DNA of 64,000 nt from a bacterium (GCA_037143195.1 JBAWZD010000001.1:208892-272891); one strand, 5' to 3'; numbered from the stretch's first letter, positions 10,521-20,809 are shown. The notes: generated from the sequence alone by a model not told the origin. Translations and numbers: made by a program.

Positions 10521-10793
10521 TTAGTCGACGTGAACGATTTTCTTTGTTGTCTTCGTGCCGTCGTAGTTTACTTTGCGCTTGTTTGCAAAAGAAACTGCTC
10601 CAGACTTGAGAGCAAAGAGAGTATGGTCTGTTGCAACTTTGACATTGCGTCCTGCCATAATCACTGTTCCGCGCTGACGTACAATGATGGATCCAGTCTG
10701 TGCCTTCTCTCCTGCATAGAGCTTGGTTCCGAGATATTTAGGATTTGAGTCCTTTAGGTTTCTGGCGGTTCCTCCCGCTTTACGATGTGCCAT
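10521..10793 (-). CDS. rpmA: 50S ribosomal protein L27
   Basis: MAHRKAGG, DSNPKYLG, GSIIVRQRGT and DHTLFA motifs. Confidence 0.97.
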   Translation of the reverse strand: MAHRKAGGTARNLKDSNPKYLGTKLYAGEKAQTGSIIVRQRGTVIMAGRNVKVATDHTLFALKSGAVSFANKRKVNYDGTKTTKKIVHVD

Positions 10794-10822
10794 AAATCAG
10801 TTTGTGCTATATAATAACAGAA

Positions 10823-11212
10823 ATGAGTATATATGATTTTAAAACAAATATCAAGGGTTGGGTAGGGGAACGCCAAGAAAAGCTCTTATATATAGGGATT
10901 TTGGCCCTTTCGGCAGGGATCTCCTTCTACCTTGGCTATGTGGCTCGTGCTGAGACCCACAAGGAGCCATTAGTAGCTATTGAATGCCCCCTAAACGCCT
11001 ATATAAGCCCTATTTCAAGCGATATTTCATCAAGTCACGTATCTACTCAAAATGCTCAATCTGGGGCGTTTATAGCCTCAAAAAACGGTAAAAAGTACTA
11101 TCCCGCAAGCTGTGCCGGTGCAAGCAAGATTAAAGCCACAAATCGGGTTTATTTCCAAACATCCAAAGAAGCTGAATCTGCCGGATATTCGCTCGCATCA
11201 CAATGCTCATGA
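10823..11212 (+). CDS. Membrane-anchored Ada-type metal-binding domain protein
   Basis: One TM and C-terminal ASKNGKKYY..SC......NRVYF....EAESAGY; start moved to the ATG after a -10 box. Confidence 0.7.
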   Translation: MSIYDFKTNIKGWVGERQEKLLYIGILALSAGISFYLGYVARAETHKEPLVAIECPLNAYISPISSDISSSHVSTQNAQSGAFIASKNGKKYYPASCAGASKIKATNRVYFQTSKEAESAGYSLASQCS

Positions 11213-12063
11213 AAACAACAGTCATCAATATCATCACCGTCGTATTTGTTCTTGGAGCAAGTTTTTTTGTATTGCTTCATAATAGTACTGTTTTTGATAC
11301 GTATGTTCAGCCGAAGATTCATGTCGTCGCAGACAACACGCTTCCTGAACCACTTACGAAGATCGATGCACATACGCTCATACCAAAAGGTGGCGTAATA
11401 GACGCGTCTGCAATCAGTGCTTCCGGAATTATCGATGAGACAAACAATCAACGTGTGCAACAAAAAGAAAAAGCATTAACTGAAAACAAAAACCTCGATG
11501 CATCAGCTCAAGTAAAGGCCGACGATATTTTGAAAAGACAATATTTCGAGCACACATCGCCAGACGGTCGTACAGTAAGCGATCTCACAAAGGATCAAGG
11601 ATATGCATATATCAAAATTGGCGAGAATCTTGCGCTCGGGAATTTTAAAGACAACAAAGACGTACTTCAAGCATGGATGAATAGCCCCAGTCACCGCGCA
11701 AATATTCTGGATACTACATATACCGAAATCGGTGTCGGCGTGGCTCATGGTACTTATCAAGGATATGAAGTTTCAGTTTTGGTACAACACTTTGGTCGTC
11801 CACTGACCGATTGTCCGATGGTTGATGGCACATTGAAAGCTGCGGTTGATACAGGTGAAGCAAACCTTGCGAGTCTTTCGACCAAGCTCGACGGTCTCAG
11901 AAAATCGATTGACGAGGGGAGGGCTCGATTCAAAAATATGGATTCGATCGTCGCAATCTATAATCAAGGAGTTGAACAATATACGACAGAATTTGCATCC
12001 GTAGACGCACTTCGTATTAAGTACAACAATCAGGTCGCGGTCTTTAATGACTGTGTAAAGTAG
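11203..12063 (+). CDS. CAP/SCP domain protein with C-terminal coiled coil
   Basis: YFEH, GENLA, WMNSPSHRANIL and IGVGV motifs. Confidence 0.9.
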   Translation: MLMKTTVINIITVVFVLGASFFVLLHNSTVFDTYVQPKIHVVADNTLPEPLTKIDAHTLIPKGGVIDASAISASGIIDETNNQRVQQKEKALTENKNLDASAQVKADDILKRQYFEHTSPDGRTVSDLTKDQGYAYIKIGENLALGNFKDNKDVLQAWMNSPSHRANILDTTYTEIGVGVAHGTYQGYEVSVLVQHFGRPLTDCPMVDGTLKAAVDTGEANLASLSTKLDGLRKSIDEGRARFKNMDSIVAIYNQGVEQYTTEFASVDALRIKYNNQVAVFNDCVK

Positions 12064-12067
12064 CGTT

Positions 12068-12133
12068 TTCCCCTAGGGGAACTCCTATGCTAACGTCGCA
12101 CAATATATCTTTTGCGACGTTAACCTAGAGGGG
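12068..12133. repeat. Intergenic palindrome cluster
   Basis: Perfect TTCCCCTAGGGGAA (12068-12081) plus a taacgtcgca/tgcgacgtta hairpin. Confidence 0.5.
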
Positions 12134-12199
12134 CAGGCCGTGGTTTGTGCGTTTCGACCAAACTTAATTCATTTCAAATATCTGGTATGATGGATTTAG

Positions 12200-13441
12200 A
12201 TGTCGAGACTCAAACACTTCAGTAAAAAAACATTTAAGTCGCTCAAGATATACAATTTTCGATTGTATTTTTTTAGCCAAGCGATTTCCCTGTCTGGTAC
12301 ATGGATGCAAGTTATTGGTCAGTCGTGGCTTGTACTCAAAATCACGGGTTCAGGTACTGCACTTGGTGTTGTGACTGCCCTTCAGTTTCTGCCTGTGCTC
12401 GTTTTTGGGGCTTGGGGCGGCGTTTTGGCTGATCGGTTTAACAAACGCAAACTCTTGTACTTCACGCAAAGCATTTCGGCACTGCTTGCACTGATACTTT
12501 GGATTCTGGTTCTGACTGGAAACGCTCATTTGTGGGCTATTGAATTGCTTGCCCTTGCGCTTGGGTTTGTAAACGCAGTTGATAGTCCAACTCGTCAGGT
12601 GTTTATTTCTGAAATGGTTGGTACTGACTATTTGAACAATGCCGTGTCGGTGAACTCGCTTCAAGTGAATCTGGCTCGCGTTGTCGGTCCTGCGATTGCC
12701 GGAATCATTATCGCGACGCTTGGTATTGGCGCCTGCTTCTTTGTAAATGCGATTTCGTTTATACCTGTTGTGATAGCACTCGTTATGATGCGCGAACATG
12801 AATTGCATGTAGCCGATCGCATCAAGACTGTTCGCGGACAGGTTCGTGAAGGTCTTCGATATGTACGTGCGACACCGGCGCTGCGCGATACGCTTATCAT
12901 GATGGCGATTATCGGTACACTTGCGTACGAGTTTACGGTTGTTGTGCCACTCTTCGCACAATTTACTTTGCACGGAGATGCTGGCACGTACGCGCTCCTC
13001 AATACGGCAATCGGAATTGGATCTATGATTGGTGGATTTTACACGGCGCAATTTAAGAAAATCACTCAAAAGATGATCTATACAGCGGCATTTTTGTTCG
13101 GACTTTCAATGTTCGTTGTCGCATCGATGCCGACTCTTACGACTGCATTTTTTGCAATGATTGTTACTGGATTTTTCTCCATTAGTTTTTTGTCGCGTAG
13201 CAATTCGCTTTTACAAATAGAAAGTAGTCCAGAAATGCGCGGTCGTGTTATGGCGCTCTGGGCCGTGGCATTCCTCGGTTCAACACCAATCGGCGGACCA
13301 ATCATTGGCTGGGTCAGTCAGGTGCTCGGTCCACGATATGGTCTCGTTGTAGGAGGTGTTGCGTGTCTTTGCGCTAGTCTTTATGGATATGTGTCATTAC
13401 GAGCAAGGGCAAATCAATCGACAACTCCCCTTACACATTAA
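12200..13441 (+). CDS. MFS transporter (MFS_3/DUF894-type)
   Basis: About 12 TM segments; GVLADRFNKRK motif A and EMRGRV. Confidence 0.92.
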   Translation: MSRLKHFSKKTFKSLKIYNFRLYFFSQAISLSGTWMQVIGQSWLVLKITGSGTALGVVTALQFLPVLVFGAWGGVLADRFNKRKLLYFTQSISALLALILWILVLTGNAHLWAIELLALALGFVNAVDSPTRQVFISEMVGTDYLNNAVSVNSLQVNLARVVGPAIAGIIIATLGIGACFFVNAISFIPVVIALVMMREHELHVADRIKTVRGQVREGLRYVRATPALRDTLIMMAIIGTLAYEFTVVVPLFAQFTLHGDAGTYALLNTAIGIGSMIGGFYTAQFKKITQKMIYTAAFLFGLSMFVVASMPTLTTAFFAMIVTGFFSISFLSRSNSLLQIESSPEMRGRVMALWAVAFLGSTPIGGPIIGWVSQVLGPRYGLVVGGVACLCASLYGYVSLRARANQSTTPLTH

Positions 13442-13986
13442 TATTTTTTGAGTTCAGCACGAAGGATTTTGTGATTTGGAATTGATTCGGTGACGAGATT
13501 CCAAAATCGTTCGGAATGATTCAATTCTTTGAGATGACACAATTCGTGCACGACAATATAGTCCTGTAATTCAGTTGGGAGAAATATAATTTTATAATTA
13601 AAATTGAGATTCTTTTTGGACGAACAACTTCCCCAGCGACTTGTTTGATTTCCGATGCTTATCGTATTGATTGGTAATTTGTAATGCATGTTCCATTTGA
13701 GTACGAGCTCATGCACGCGCGCTCTCGCGCGCTCCTTGTGTGCGACATAGTCACGTCGCGAACGTTTACCGAGTAACGGCGCAGGTTTTGCTGCGAATTC
13801 TTTGATGCGAGCTTCAATCCATGGTGAATGTTTTTCTACAAATGAATGCACAGCGAGATTTGGAATATATCGCGGTTTGGTAACAACGACAGATCCATCG
13901 TGTTTGACGTTGATACGCAGATTTCGAGCACGAACGGTCGTACGAATCGTATACCCGAATGAAAGATTTTTGTTGCCGAGTTCCAT
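13438..13986 (-). CDS. YgjP-like M48/DUF45 metallopeptidase
   Basis: RWGSCS, YIVVHELCH and NHSERFW motifs. Confidence 0.9.
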   Translation of the reverse strand: MELGNKNLSFGYTIRTTVRARNLRINVKHDGSVVVTKPRYIPNLAVHSFVEKHSPWIEARIKEFAAKPAPLLGKRSRRDYVAHKERARARVHELVLKWNMHYKLPINTISIGNQTSRWGSCSSKKNLNFNYKIIFLPTELQDYIVVHELCHLKELNHSERFWNLVTESIPNHKILRAELKKY

Positions 13987-14025
13987 GTGCCTTTACGATA
14001 TCACACTGAAGTCAAACTCCCCTTT

Positions 14026-14054
14026 TTGACAGGTGCTTAAAATCGTGATATTGT
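14026..14054 (+). promoter_or_regulatory. Sigma70-type promoter of the ORFan at 14141
   Basis: TTGACA-17nt-TATTGT with an extended TG. Confidence 0.5.
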
Positions 14055-14140
14055 GAAAAAAACGTTCATTACCAATGTTTTTATGGTTACTCGATTTTGG
14101 GAAGTTCCTCGAACGGAGCAACCATAAAAATAAATAGGCG

Positions 14141-15019
14141 ATGAAAAAGAAAACAAAAAAAATGTTGATTGTAATCTTCGTGATAATCCTTACAGGATTT
14201 ACAATGATGCTCGGCCACTGTCAGAGCTTTGAGCAAAAGGATCGGTATACCCGCCTTTGTATGCGGGATACCATTTTGAATCGCATGACGCGTGTAATAA
14301 AGCGCGCAAGAAGCGATAGCGACGAAATAAAAAAAGTAATTAGTTTTGTCGCGCGCGACGGTGTCCTTGCAACACCCACATTGGGAGGATTCAGGTTTCT
14401 ATCCTTGAAACCTGAACACAAATTTTTTGTGTTGTGTCCTGTCGATAACGACACCGATAAAAGTGTTGTTGAAAATAATTCGTGGGATCTCATACACGGC
14501 CCCACATTTTATTTTGAAATGCTCGGCTACCCTACTTTGCTCCTGCCCTCGCGTGGATTCAGCGAACCATGGAACACAGTCGCGTGTTTCCATGAGGCGT
14601 ACAAAGCGAATATCTACCTCAACATTCGCCCATATATGGGTAGTTATGTAGACAAAATCGCAAATGAGTTAGAAATCGCTCATTTTGAAACTGCATTGTT
14701 TGCAGCCACAGTATCGGGATACAAGAATGGTGTCCTCCTTGCAGTCAATGAGTCTCTCGCAGAAATGCGAAACAAGAAAACGCAATTTGCATCAACTGAT
14801 TCAATTTGTTCTGTGTTAATTAGAAACAGCGCAACTAAATTAAATGCAAAATTTGGTGCAACTGAAACCCTACAAGGAGAAACATCTTTTCGATGTGAAC
14901 GACTTAGATTGCAAATTCTTTTTGGCATTGCCAATCGTTTGTATCCGGACGATGCAGGCAAACGAGCAGAGCTCGAAAAAAAGTACGCGGAATATATTTT
15001 TCCGCGCCATAGTAAATAA
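14141..15019 (+). CDS. Hypothetical secreted/membrane-anchored protein
   Basis: 292-aa ORF with a basic N-terminus and hydrophobic helix, its own promoter and terminator; family not recognised. Confidence 0.65.
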   Translation: MKKKTKKMLIVIFVIILTGFTMMLGHCQSFEQKDRYTRLCMRDTILNRMTRVIKRARSDSDEIKKVISFVARDGVLATPTLGGFRFLSLKPEHKFFVLCPVDNDTDKSVVENNSWDLIHGPTFYFEMLGYPTLLLPSRGFSEPWNTVACFHEAYKANIYLNIRPYMGSYVDKIANELEIAHFETALFAATVSGYKNGVLLAVNESLAEMRNKKTQFASTDSICSVLIRNSATKLNAKFGATETLQGETSFRCERLRLQILFGIANRLYPDDAGKRAELEKKYAEYIFPRHSK

Positions 15020-15052
15020 AAATGCCTTGTCACACTAAGTGTCAAGGCATTT
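15020..15052. terminator. Terminator between convergent genes
   Basis: aaatgccttgtcac / gtgtcaaggcattt. Confidence 0.7.
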
Positions 15053-15069
15053 AGTGTTTTTGGTGTGTC

Positions 15070-15537
15070 TTATTGCGTAAGTTCTTCGACAATTCTTTCA
15101 AAATGTTCAGGTGCGACTGGTGTGACCGAAAGGCGTGAGCCACGTTCAAGCACGGCGAGGCCTTTCAATTTGGAGTCACGTTTCAATTCAGTGAGAGTGA
15201 TTGGTCGTTTCAATTTGCGTACAAATCCGACGTCAACACAGGCCCAGATTGGATTTGCTTCTGTTGCTTTTGGATCGTAGTGCTCATCGAGCTTGTCGAA
15301 TTGAGTCTCGTCTCTGTGCGCCTTACTTACAACTTTTGCCACACCATAAATACCGCTTGGCATCTCGGGCGTACCGTTTGAATGATAGAACAAAATCTTG
15401 TCACCAATACGCATATCATCGCGCATAAAATTGCGCGCTTGATAATTGCGGATACCTGACCACGCGGTGCGCTTGTCGCGCTTGAGATCATCAATTGAGT
15501 AGCAACCCGCTTCGGATTTTATGAGCCAATAATTCAT
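15070..15537 (-). CDS. EVE domain protein
   Basis: YWLIKSE, WSGIRNYQARNFMR, FYHS and RLSV motifs. Confidence 0.93.
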   Translation of the reverse strand: MNYWLIKSEAGCYSIDDLKRDKRTAWSGIRNYQARNFMRDDMRIGDKILFYHSNGTPEMPSGIYGVAKVVSKAHRDETQFDKLDEHYDPKATEANPIWACVDVGFVRKLKRPITLTELKRDSKLKGLAVLERGSRLSVTPVAPEHFERIVEELTQ

Positions 15538-15612
15538 ACGTGTATCGTAGCAGGTTCTTAATTTTGCGCGAGATTGCTTTTTTATAAAAAATATGTTCTA
15601 ATATAAATCGAC

Positions 15613-16371
15613 ATGAGAACGCAAACTCCAAACAAGAAACAAGCAGCTGCAGGCTATTCTGTGAAGCCAAAAGGCAAAACGACAGTCCGTATCAACAAGC
15701 ACATGGCTGATATTGGCCTTTCTTCGCGCCGTGAGGCCGATGAAATGATCCTTGCCGGTAAAGTCTACGTCAACGGTACAAAGGCCGTTCCTGGTATGCA
15801 AATCGACCCAATCATGGACAAGGTAGAGCTTCGCGGAGCGAAGCAGTCTTACGTGTATTATGCGTACAACAAACCAATGGGTCTTGTCACGACAGGTGCT
15901 CAAGGTGACGAAGAAGATATTCTCGACAACACAAAATTCCGCACACCCGTCTTCCCTATCGGTCGTCTCGACAAAGAATCACACGGACTCATTTTGATGA
16001 CGAACGATCGTCGCATCACACACCGCTTGCTTGATCCGAAATTCGAACATGAAAAAGAATACCGCGTCACGCTTGCAAAAGGTGTGAACCAAAAATTCAT
16101 CGACAAGCTTGAACACGGAATGGTCATTGATCGTGTCCGTACAATGAGTACAGAGATCACACGTGAAAGTGACAAAACATTTCGCATTATCCTGAAAGAA
16201 GGACGCAATCGTCAGATTCGAAAAATGGTTGAAGCTGCGGGAGACCAAGTCATGGATCTCATTCGTCTTCGTATCGAGCACATCAAACTCGGAGATTTGC
16301 AAGATGGTGCGTATCGCAATCTCACAAAATCAGAAATTACGACGCTTCTTAAAAAGCTCAACCTAAAGTAA
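15613..16371 (+). CDS. rRNA pseudouridine synthase (RsuA/RluB/RluF family)
   Basis: S4 domain (SRREADE), GRLDKES and EGRNRQIRKM. Confidence 0.93.
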   Translation: MRTQTPNKKQAAAGYSVKPKGKTTVRINKHMADIGLSSRREADEMILAGKVYVNGTKAVPGMQIDPIMDKVELRGAKQSYVYYAYNKPMGLVTTGAQGDEEDILDNTKFRTPVFPIGRLDKESHGLILMTNDRRITHRLLDPKFEHEKEYRVTLAKGVNQKFIDKLEHGMVIDRVRTMSTEITRESDKTFRIILKEGRNRQIRKMVEAAGDQVMDLIRLRIEHIKLGDLQDGAYRNLTKSEITTLLKKLNLK

Positions 16372-16842
16372 TTCGGCAAGTAGATTGTCGACGTCGAGTA
16401 TTTCGGTCACCATTTCGACTTCGCCGTCGTTCTTTACTTTCCATGTACTTCGTGGACGGTCACAGTATAATTCAACACCATTTCCATCGGGGTCGTTGAG
16501 ATAAATAGCTTCAGATACACCATGATCGGCTGTGCCGGTCACTGGATATTTTTCGTCGATTAATTTTTGAACGATGCGCGCGAGTTCTTTGCGCGTTGGA
16601 TACAATATCGCCACATGATACAGGCCAGTGTGACCAGATGGAGGCGGTGTTGCACCTTTGCCTGCCCACGTATTGAGCGCAATGTGATGATGATACCCAC
16701 CTGCTGAGAGGAATACAGCAGAATCACCATAACGTGTAGTAATTTCAAAACCGAGAAGGTCGCGGTAGAAAAGAAGCGCACGATCAAGATCTGAAACTGT
16801 TAAGTGTACGTGACCAATGGTGACTTCAGGATGGATACTCAT
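16363..16842 (-). CDS. VOC/glyoxalase family protein (CatE-like half)
   Basis: GHVHLTV, GGYHHHIALNTW and DHGVSEAIYLNDPDGNGVELY. Confidence 0.9.
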   Translation of the reverse strand: MSIHPEVTIGHVHLTVSDLDRALLFYRDLLGFEITTRYGDSAVFLSAGGYHHHIALNTWAGKGATPPPSGHTGLYHVAILYPTRKELARIVQKLIDEKYPVTGTADHGVSEAIYLNDPDGNGVELYCDRPRSTWKVKNDGEVEMVTEILDVDNLLAELL

Positions 16843-16871
16843 ATATTTTTAGTATACAATACAGAGTACAT

Positions 16872-17855
16872 ATGACAAACAAAGAACACACACTTTCATG
16901 GCAAGCACTCGGTCGAGTCACCGTGCTCGCACTTGGTATCTTTCTCGCATGGCAAGCAATTGATGTGCTTGTCGCTATTGTTATTTCTCTTATTCTAGCG
17001 ACGGCTGTGTATCCGTACGTAAAACGACTACACAAAAAAATTCCACTCCTCCCTGCTACAATAGTTGTTTTTACAGCTCTGCTCATCCCCTTCGTATTAT
17101 TTGGTGTGTTTGTTGTTCCAAATATCGTGAGTGAAATTCCATCACTTATTGCGACATTGCACCAAGTACTCAGTCATGCGATGTTTCTTCCACCAGAACT
17201 CCGTTCATTCGATGCTGCAGCATATTTTTCACAACACTCTGGCGATCTCGTTACTTCTACGAAGACACTCGCGTCTGGTGTTGTGGCAGTCATTACTGTG
17301 TTCTTCATGGCTTTTTATCTTATTCTCGACAACGAACGTTTCCTTGGGTTTTTTCTTGATGTTTTCCCAACCAAGGATCGTGCTCGAATGCACTCAACAT
17401 TGATGGAAGTTGCACGAGTCAACGGTCAGTACATTCGCGGAAACGTTATCATTTCTATTATTTGCGCGCTCTACCTCTTTATCGTACTCGTTGCGCTCAA
17501 TGTTCCATTTGCACTGCCACTCGCTATTTTTGCAGGCATTATGGATCTCCTTCCACTCATCGGTGGCACGCTCGGTACGCTTCCTGCGCTTGTGATTGGA
17601 TATACAATTTCTCCACTTACGGGAACACTAATTCTCATTCTTCACCTCATCTACCAGCAGTTGGAAAATGTCGTCATCTCTCCTGCGATTTACAACAAAG
17701 CACTCGATATCTCACCCGCTCTTTCATTCATTTCTGTCGTCGTCGGAGGAGGATTGTTTGGTGTTATCGGAGCATTTCTTGCCCTTCCCGTTGCCGCAAG
17801 TTTGCCACCAATGGTGCGCTACTACAGCGAATATCAAAAAAACCACGCAAATTAA
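16872..17855 (+). CDS. AI-2E family transporter
   Basis: Multi-TM; QQLENVVISP and GGLFGVIGAFLALP. Confidence 0.9.
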   Translation: MTNKEHTLSWQALGRVTVLALGIFLAWQAIDVLVAIVISLILATAVYPYVKRLHKKIPLLPATIVVFTALLIPFVLFGVFVVPNIVSEIPSLIATLHQVLSHAMFLPPELRSFDAAAYFSQHSGDLVTSTKTLASGVVAVITVFFMAFYLILDNERFLGFFLDVFPTKDRARMHSTLMEVARVNGQYIRGNVIISIICALYLFIVLVALNVPFALPLAIFAGIMDLLPLIGGTLGTLPALVIGYTISPLTGTLILILHLIYQQLENVVISPAIYNKALDISPALSFISVVVGGGLFGVIGAFLALPVAASLPPMVRYYSEYQKNHAN

Positions 17856-17868
17856 TGCGTGGTTTTTT
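17837..17868. terminator. Bidirectional terminator
   Basis: aaaaaaccacgca / tgcgtggtttttt. Confidence 0.7.
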
Positions 17869-17872
17869 CGTT

Positions 17873-18652
17873 TTATTTCTTTGCCTCAATCATTAAGAAC
17901 AGTGGAATCTCCTTTCGTGCGGTGTCCTCAGCTTCTTGTCGTGGACCATTCTGGCTTTTCTTGTGTGAGATCCATTCTTCGAGACGGGAGACAGTGAATC
18001 CAGCTTTCTGCAGTGATTTGAAATAGTCTTGGAGCGAGCGGTGGTACGAGACAGTTGATTCGCTCTTTGGTTGACCTGGATGCATGAGAATCGGAACTGC
18101 ATTCTCCGACAAATATCCATCAATCCGACGATATTGTTTTTTGTCAGCACTTGAGAATCCCCAACTCGAACGTTTTGGGATACGGAATGCTGGATGATTC
18201 ATGACGAGTATCATGCGCCCACCTTTTGCGAGGACACGCCATGCTTCCTTGAACACTTCGCCCATGTTGCCGATATTTTGAATTGCGAGAATGATGATAA
18301 CGACATCAAACGTTTCGCCTTGTGCGAAGCCAAGTTTGTGAGCTGGTGTCACATGGAAAGGTATTTTTGGTGAACGTTTTTGTGCGACGGCGATGAGCTC
18401 TTTGCCAATATCTGCACCAGTCACGAGAGCACCTTTGTCGGCGATTTTACGAGAAAAAAAACCTTGGCCACATGCGAGATCAAGCACGCGCATACCTTTT
18501 TTGATATCGAGCAATCGAAGCAAGTTTGGGGCAATGACTTTTTCTTGATAACTATCTTTGTCAGTCTCAAGGTGATTGTCATACCAGTCGGCTACGCCTC
18601 CCCATGATGACGATTTTGGAAGTTCAGGTTTCTTTTTCGGCTCAAATTTCAT
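17873..18652 (-). CDS. Class I SAM-dependent methyltransferase
   Basis: VLDLACGQG motif I; start taken at MKFEPKK. Confidence 0.88.
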   Translation of the reverse strand: MKFEPKKKPELPKSSSWGGVADWYDNHLETDKDSYQEKVIAPNLLRLLDIKKGMRVLDLACGQGFFSRKIADKGALVTGADIGKELIAVAQKRSPKIPFHVTPAHKLGFAQGETFDVVIIILAIQNIGNMGEVFKEAWRVLAKGGRMILVMNHPAFRIPKRSSWGFSSADKKQYRRIDGYLSENAVPILMHPGQPKSESTVSYHRSLQDYFKSLQKAGFTVSRLEEWISHKKSQNGPRQEAEDTARKEIPLFLMIEAKK

Positions 18653-18728
18653 ACTGTATATATAACAATATTTTAACAAAATGTCAAATATTTATCTCTG
18701 ATGCTTGTATATTCAATCAGAACCTTGC

Positions 18729-19568
18729 TTACGGCTTGAGATCGGGCAATTCGGTGCTGTTGTAGAAGAGTGCACCGAGTTCGCCATATGCGTACGTTTT
18801 GCCTCCAGATACAATAGTTGCTCCCCCGATTTTGGGTTGTGCGTTTGGGTGTGATGCGTTGAAGCCAAGATTGAACAGTGTCACGATTGTACCCGAGTCT
18901 TTTGAGATATCGAAGCCGGATTTCAGCCATTGTGCTTCGATTTCTTTAATAAAGAGTGCGGTATAAAGGTATTGATAGTAGTGATCTTTTGCGTCAGTCA
19001 GTCGATTGTACAGTACGGTGTTGTGATCTTGTCCATCAGGATATGCGAATAGTGCGCTCATCCCATCCCCCGCGTACGAATCTACTGTTTTCGTATTCGC
19101 ATAGAGCTCAATGTCTTTTGCCGTAGGTTCTTTGATTCCAGAGATGCCGAGAGAAAATTGCGTCATTGATCCGAGGATTTTGAGTGGCTCGAAATAGCTT
19201 TTGAATATTTCACGATTTGCGGTGAAGAATCGTGTTTGCTCGGGCACAACGACTGCGGCAATCATACGTGCTGATACGCCTGTCTCAGCGCTCACACGTT
19301 CAATAACAGCAGAATCTTTGGTGAGGCCGCCTTGGATAGCTTGCCACTCAGGGGTTTGATTCCAGTCGCATGTTGACAGTTTGTCGAGACATGGAGCGAC
19401 GGTTGTTTTGGTTGTTGGTGTGCTAAAGAACGAATTGCGACTTGCGATCGAACCGCGTACATTAAAGAGCCCAAAACGCATACCAAAAAAGACAATCGTG
19501 AACGTGAGCCCGATTACTGCAAAAATACCAACAAATATGTGGAATGTAGTGGTCAGAACTTTCTTCAT
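18729..19568 (-). CDS. Membrane-anchored hypothetical protein, possible lysozyme-like fold
   Basis: N-terminal TM; IAAVVVPEQ, SLGISGIK and TLFNLG resemble lysozyme/SLT motifs. Confidence 0.6.
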   Translation of the reverse strand: MKKVLTTTFHIFVGIFAVIGLTFTIVFFGMRFGLFNVRGSIASRNSFFSTPTTKTTVAPCLDKLSTCDWNQTPEWQAIQGGLTKDSAVIERVSAETGVSARMIAAVVVPEQTRFFTANREIFKSYFEPLKILGSMTQFSLGISGIKEPTAKDIELYANTKTVDSYAGDGMSALFAYPDGQDHNTVLYNRLTDAKDHYYQYLYTALFIKEIEAQWLKSGFDISKDSGTIVTLFNLGFNASHPNAQPKIGGATIVSGGKTYAYGELGALFYNSTELPDLKP

Positions 19569-19611
19569 GCGTCAACAGTATACTTGCGAAATAAAATTTT
19601 GCAAAAATCTC

Positions 19612-20724
19612 CTATTCCTTTACCTCAGACACGAGTGTCGTCGGTGTTCCATCGAGCACAACGGAAAACGCCATTCGGCCGAGCAGTTGCCCGCTTGGAG
19701 TCAATACATTCACACGCCATTTTCCTTCGGTGAGATCGCTATTGATTGAATAGGTGCGATATCCTTGGGCTCGTCCACCTGAAACCGCAAGGTTAACGCC
19801 AATTTCTGTCGACCATTTTTTTGTGACGGGGTCATATTTTTGCCATTGATGCGTAACATCCGTATTGAATGAAAGTGGTGAAAAGATTGAACTATAGGCG
19901 TACACGAGACTGTTGCTCGCCGTGTGGAATGTTGGATAGACGCTAATGTAGGTCAATAATTTTTCTCGAATAGATTCGGGTTCGTGTGTGACAGTATAGG
20001 CACCATCGGTCGTACGTGAGATTGAATGATAGATTCCTGCGTCGGTGAGTGCGAGTGGTAGTGGAGGAATGATGTTGAGGAAATAAAAGACATTTACAAT
20101 AACAAAAATTCCAGCAACGATTGAAAGGAGTTCGGCGCGAACCTTTGTGATTTCAATCTGTGTCGTTTTTCGGAGTAATGCAATAAACCCAATGAGTGCG
20201 ATAACACTCAGTCCTCCACTCATGAGAAATACTTGTGTGCTGATTTGATGCATCAGCACCGGTACGATAAATATTGCAAACAAGTAGATTGAAAGGAAGA
20301 AAAATCCGATTTGAAAACTAACGCGCGAGTAGTGATGCTTGAGTGATTCGTTGGCGATAAAAGCGATAACAAGTACAAGGAAAAATGGCCACGCGATTGC
20401 GAGCACGGCACTTCGAAGGTAGAACACAATAAACGTACTAAGTAGTCCTCCAAACGTAAACTGAAGTATTGTTACGAGCCAAAAGTGAAGGCGCTCAGGA
20501 TTGCGGGTGTCGGTTGTTTCAGGATTCTCTTGTCGGTTGAGAAGGATAATACATGCTCCAACAACGGCAAGATGTACAATCACCCAAAAATTCTCCATGA
20601 ATTCGTCCACTCGAGTTAGCGTAAGCGCGTTGAATACAAATCCGCCAACAAGCGAAAGGGTGGAAATGATACGTTCGTTTTTGGCGTACCATGTATGGAT
20701 GATTTTGATTCGTTTGCGAGCCAT
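19612..20724 (-). CDS. Multi-TM protein with C-terminal DUF2914-like domain
   Basis: About 7 TM; GGRAQGYRTYS and GKWRVNV motifs. Confidence 0.8.
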   Translation of the reverse strand: MARKRIKIIHTWYAKNERIISTLSLVGGFVFNALTLTRVDEFMENFWVIVHLAVVGACIILLNRQENPETTDTRNPERLHFWLVTILQFTFGGLLSTFIVFYLRSAVLAIAWPFFLVLVIAFIANESLKHHYSRVSFQIGFFFLSIYLFAIFIVPVLMHQISTQVFLMSGGLSVIALIGFIALLRKTTQIEITKVRAELLSIVAGIFVIVNVFYFLNIIPPLPLALTDAGIYHSISRTTDGAYTVTHEPESIREKLLTYISVYPTFHTASNSLVYAYSSIFSPLSFNTDVTHQWQKYDPVTKKWSTEIGVNLAVSGGRAQGYRTYSINSDLTEGKWRVNVLTPSGQLLGRMAFSVVLDGTPTTLVSEVKE

Positions 20725-20762
20725 GTAATGTAAGTATATTTCAGTTTGGACAAAAAGGAAAT

Positions 20763-20792
20763 AAAATGGCCGCGCGTACGCGCGGCCATTTT
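20763..20792. terminator. Perfect 30-bp palindrome, probable terminator of the YceI-family gene
   Basis: aaaatggccgcgcgtacgcgcggccatttt. Confidence 0.7.
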
Positions 20793-20809
20793 GAAACCTA
20801 TCAAGTAAA

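Noticed and set aside
20763-20792. Identical MAARTRGHF ORF starts on both strands
   Set aside because: Artefact of a perfect palindrome that is most simply a terminator.
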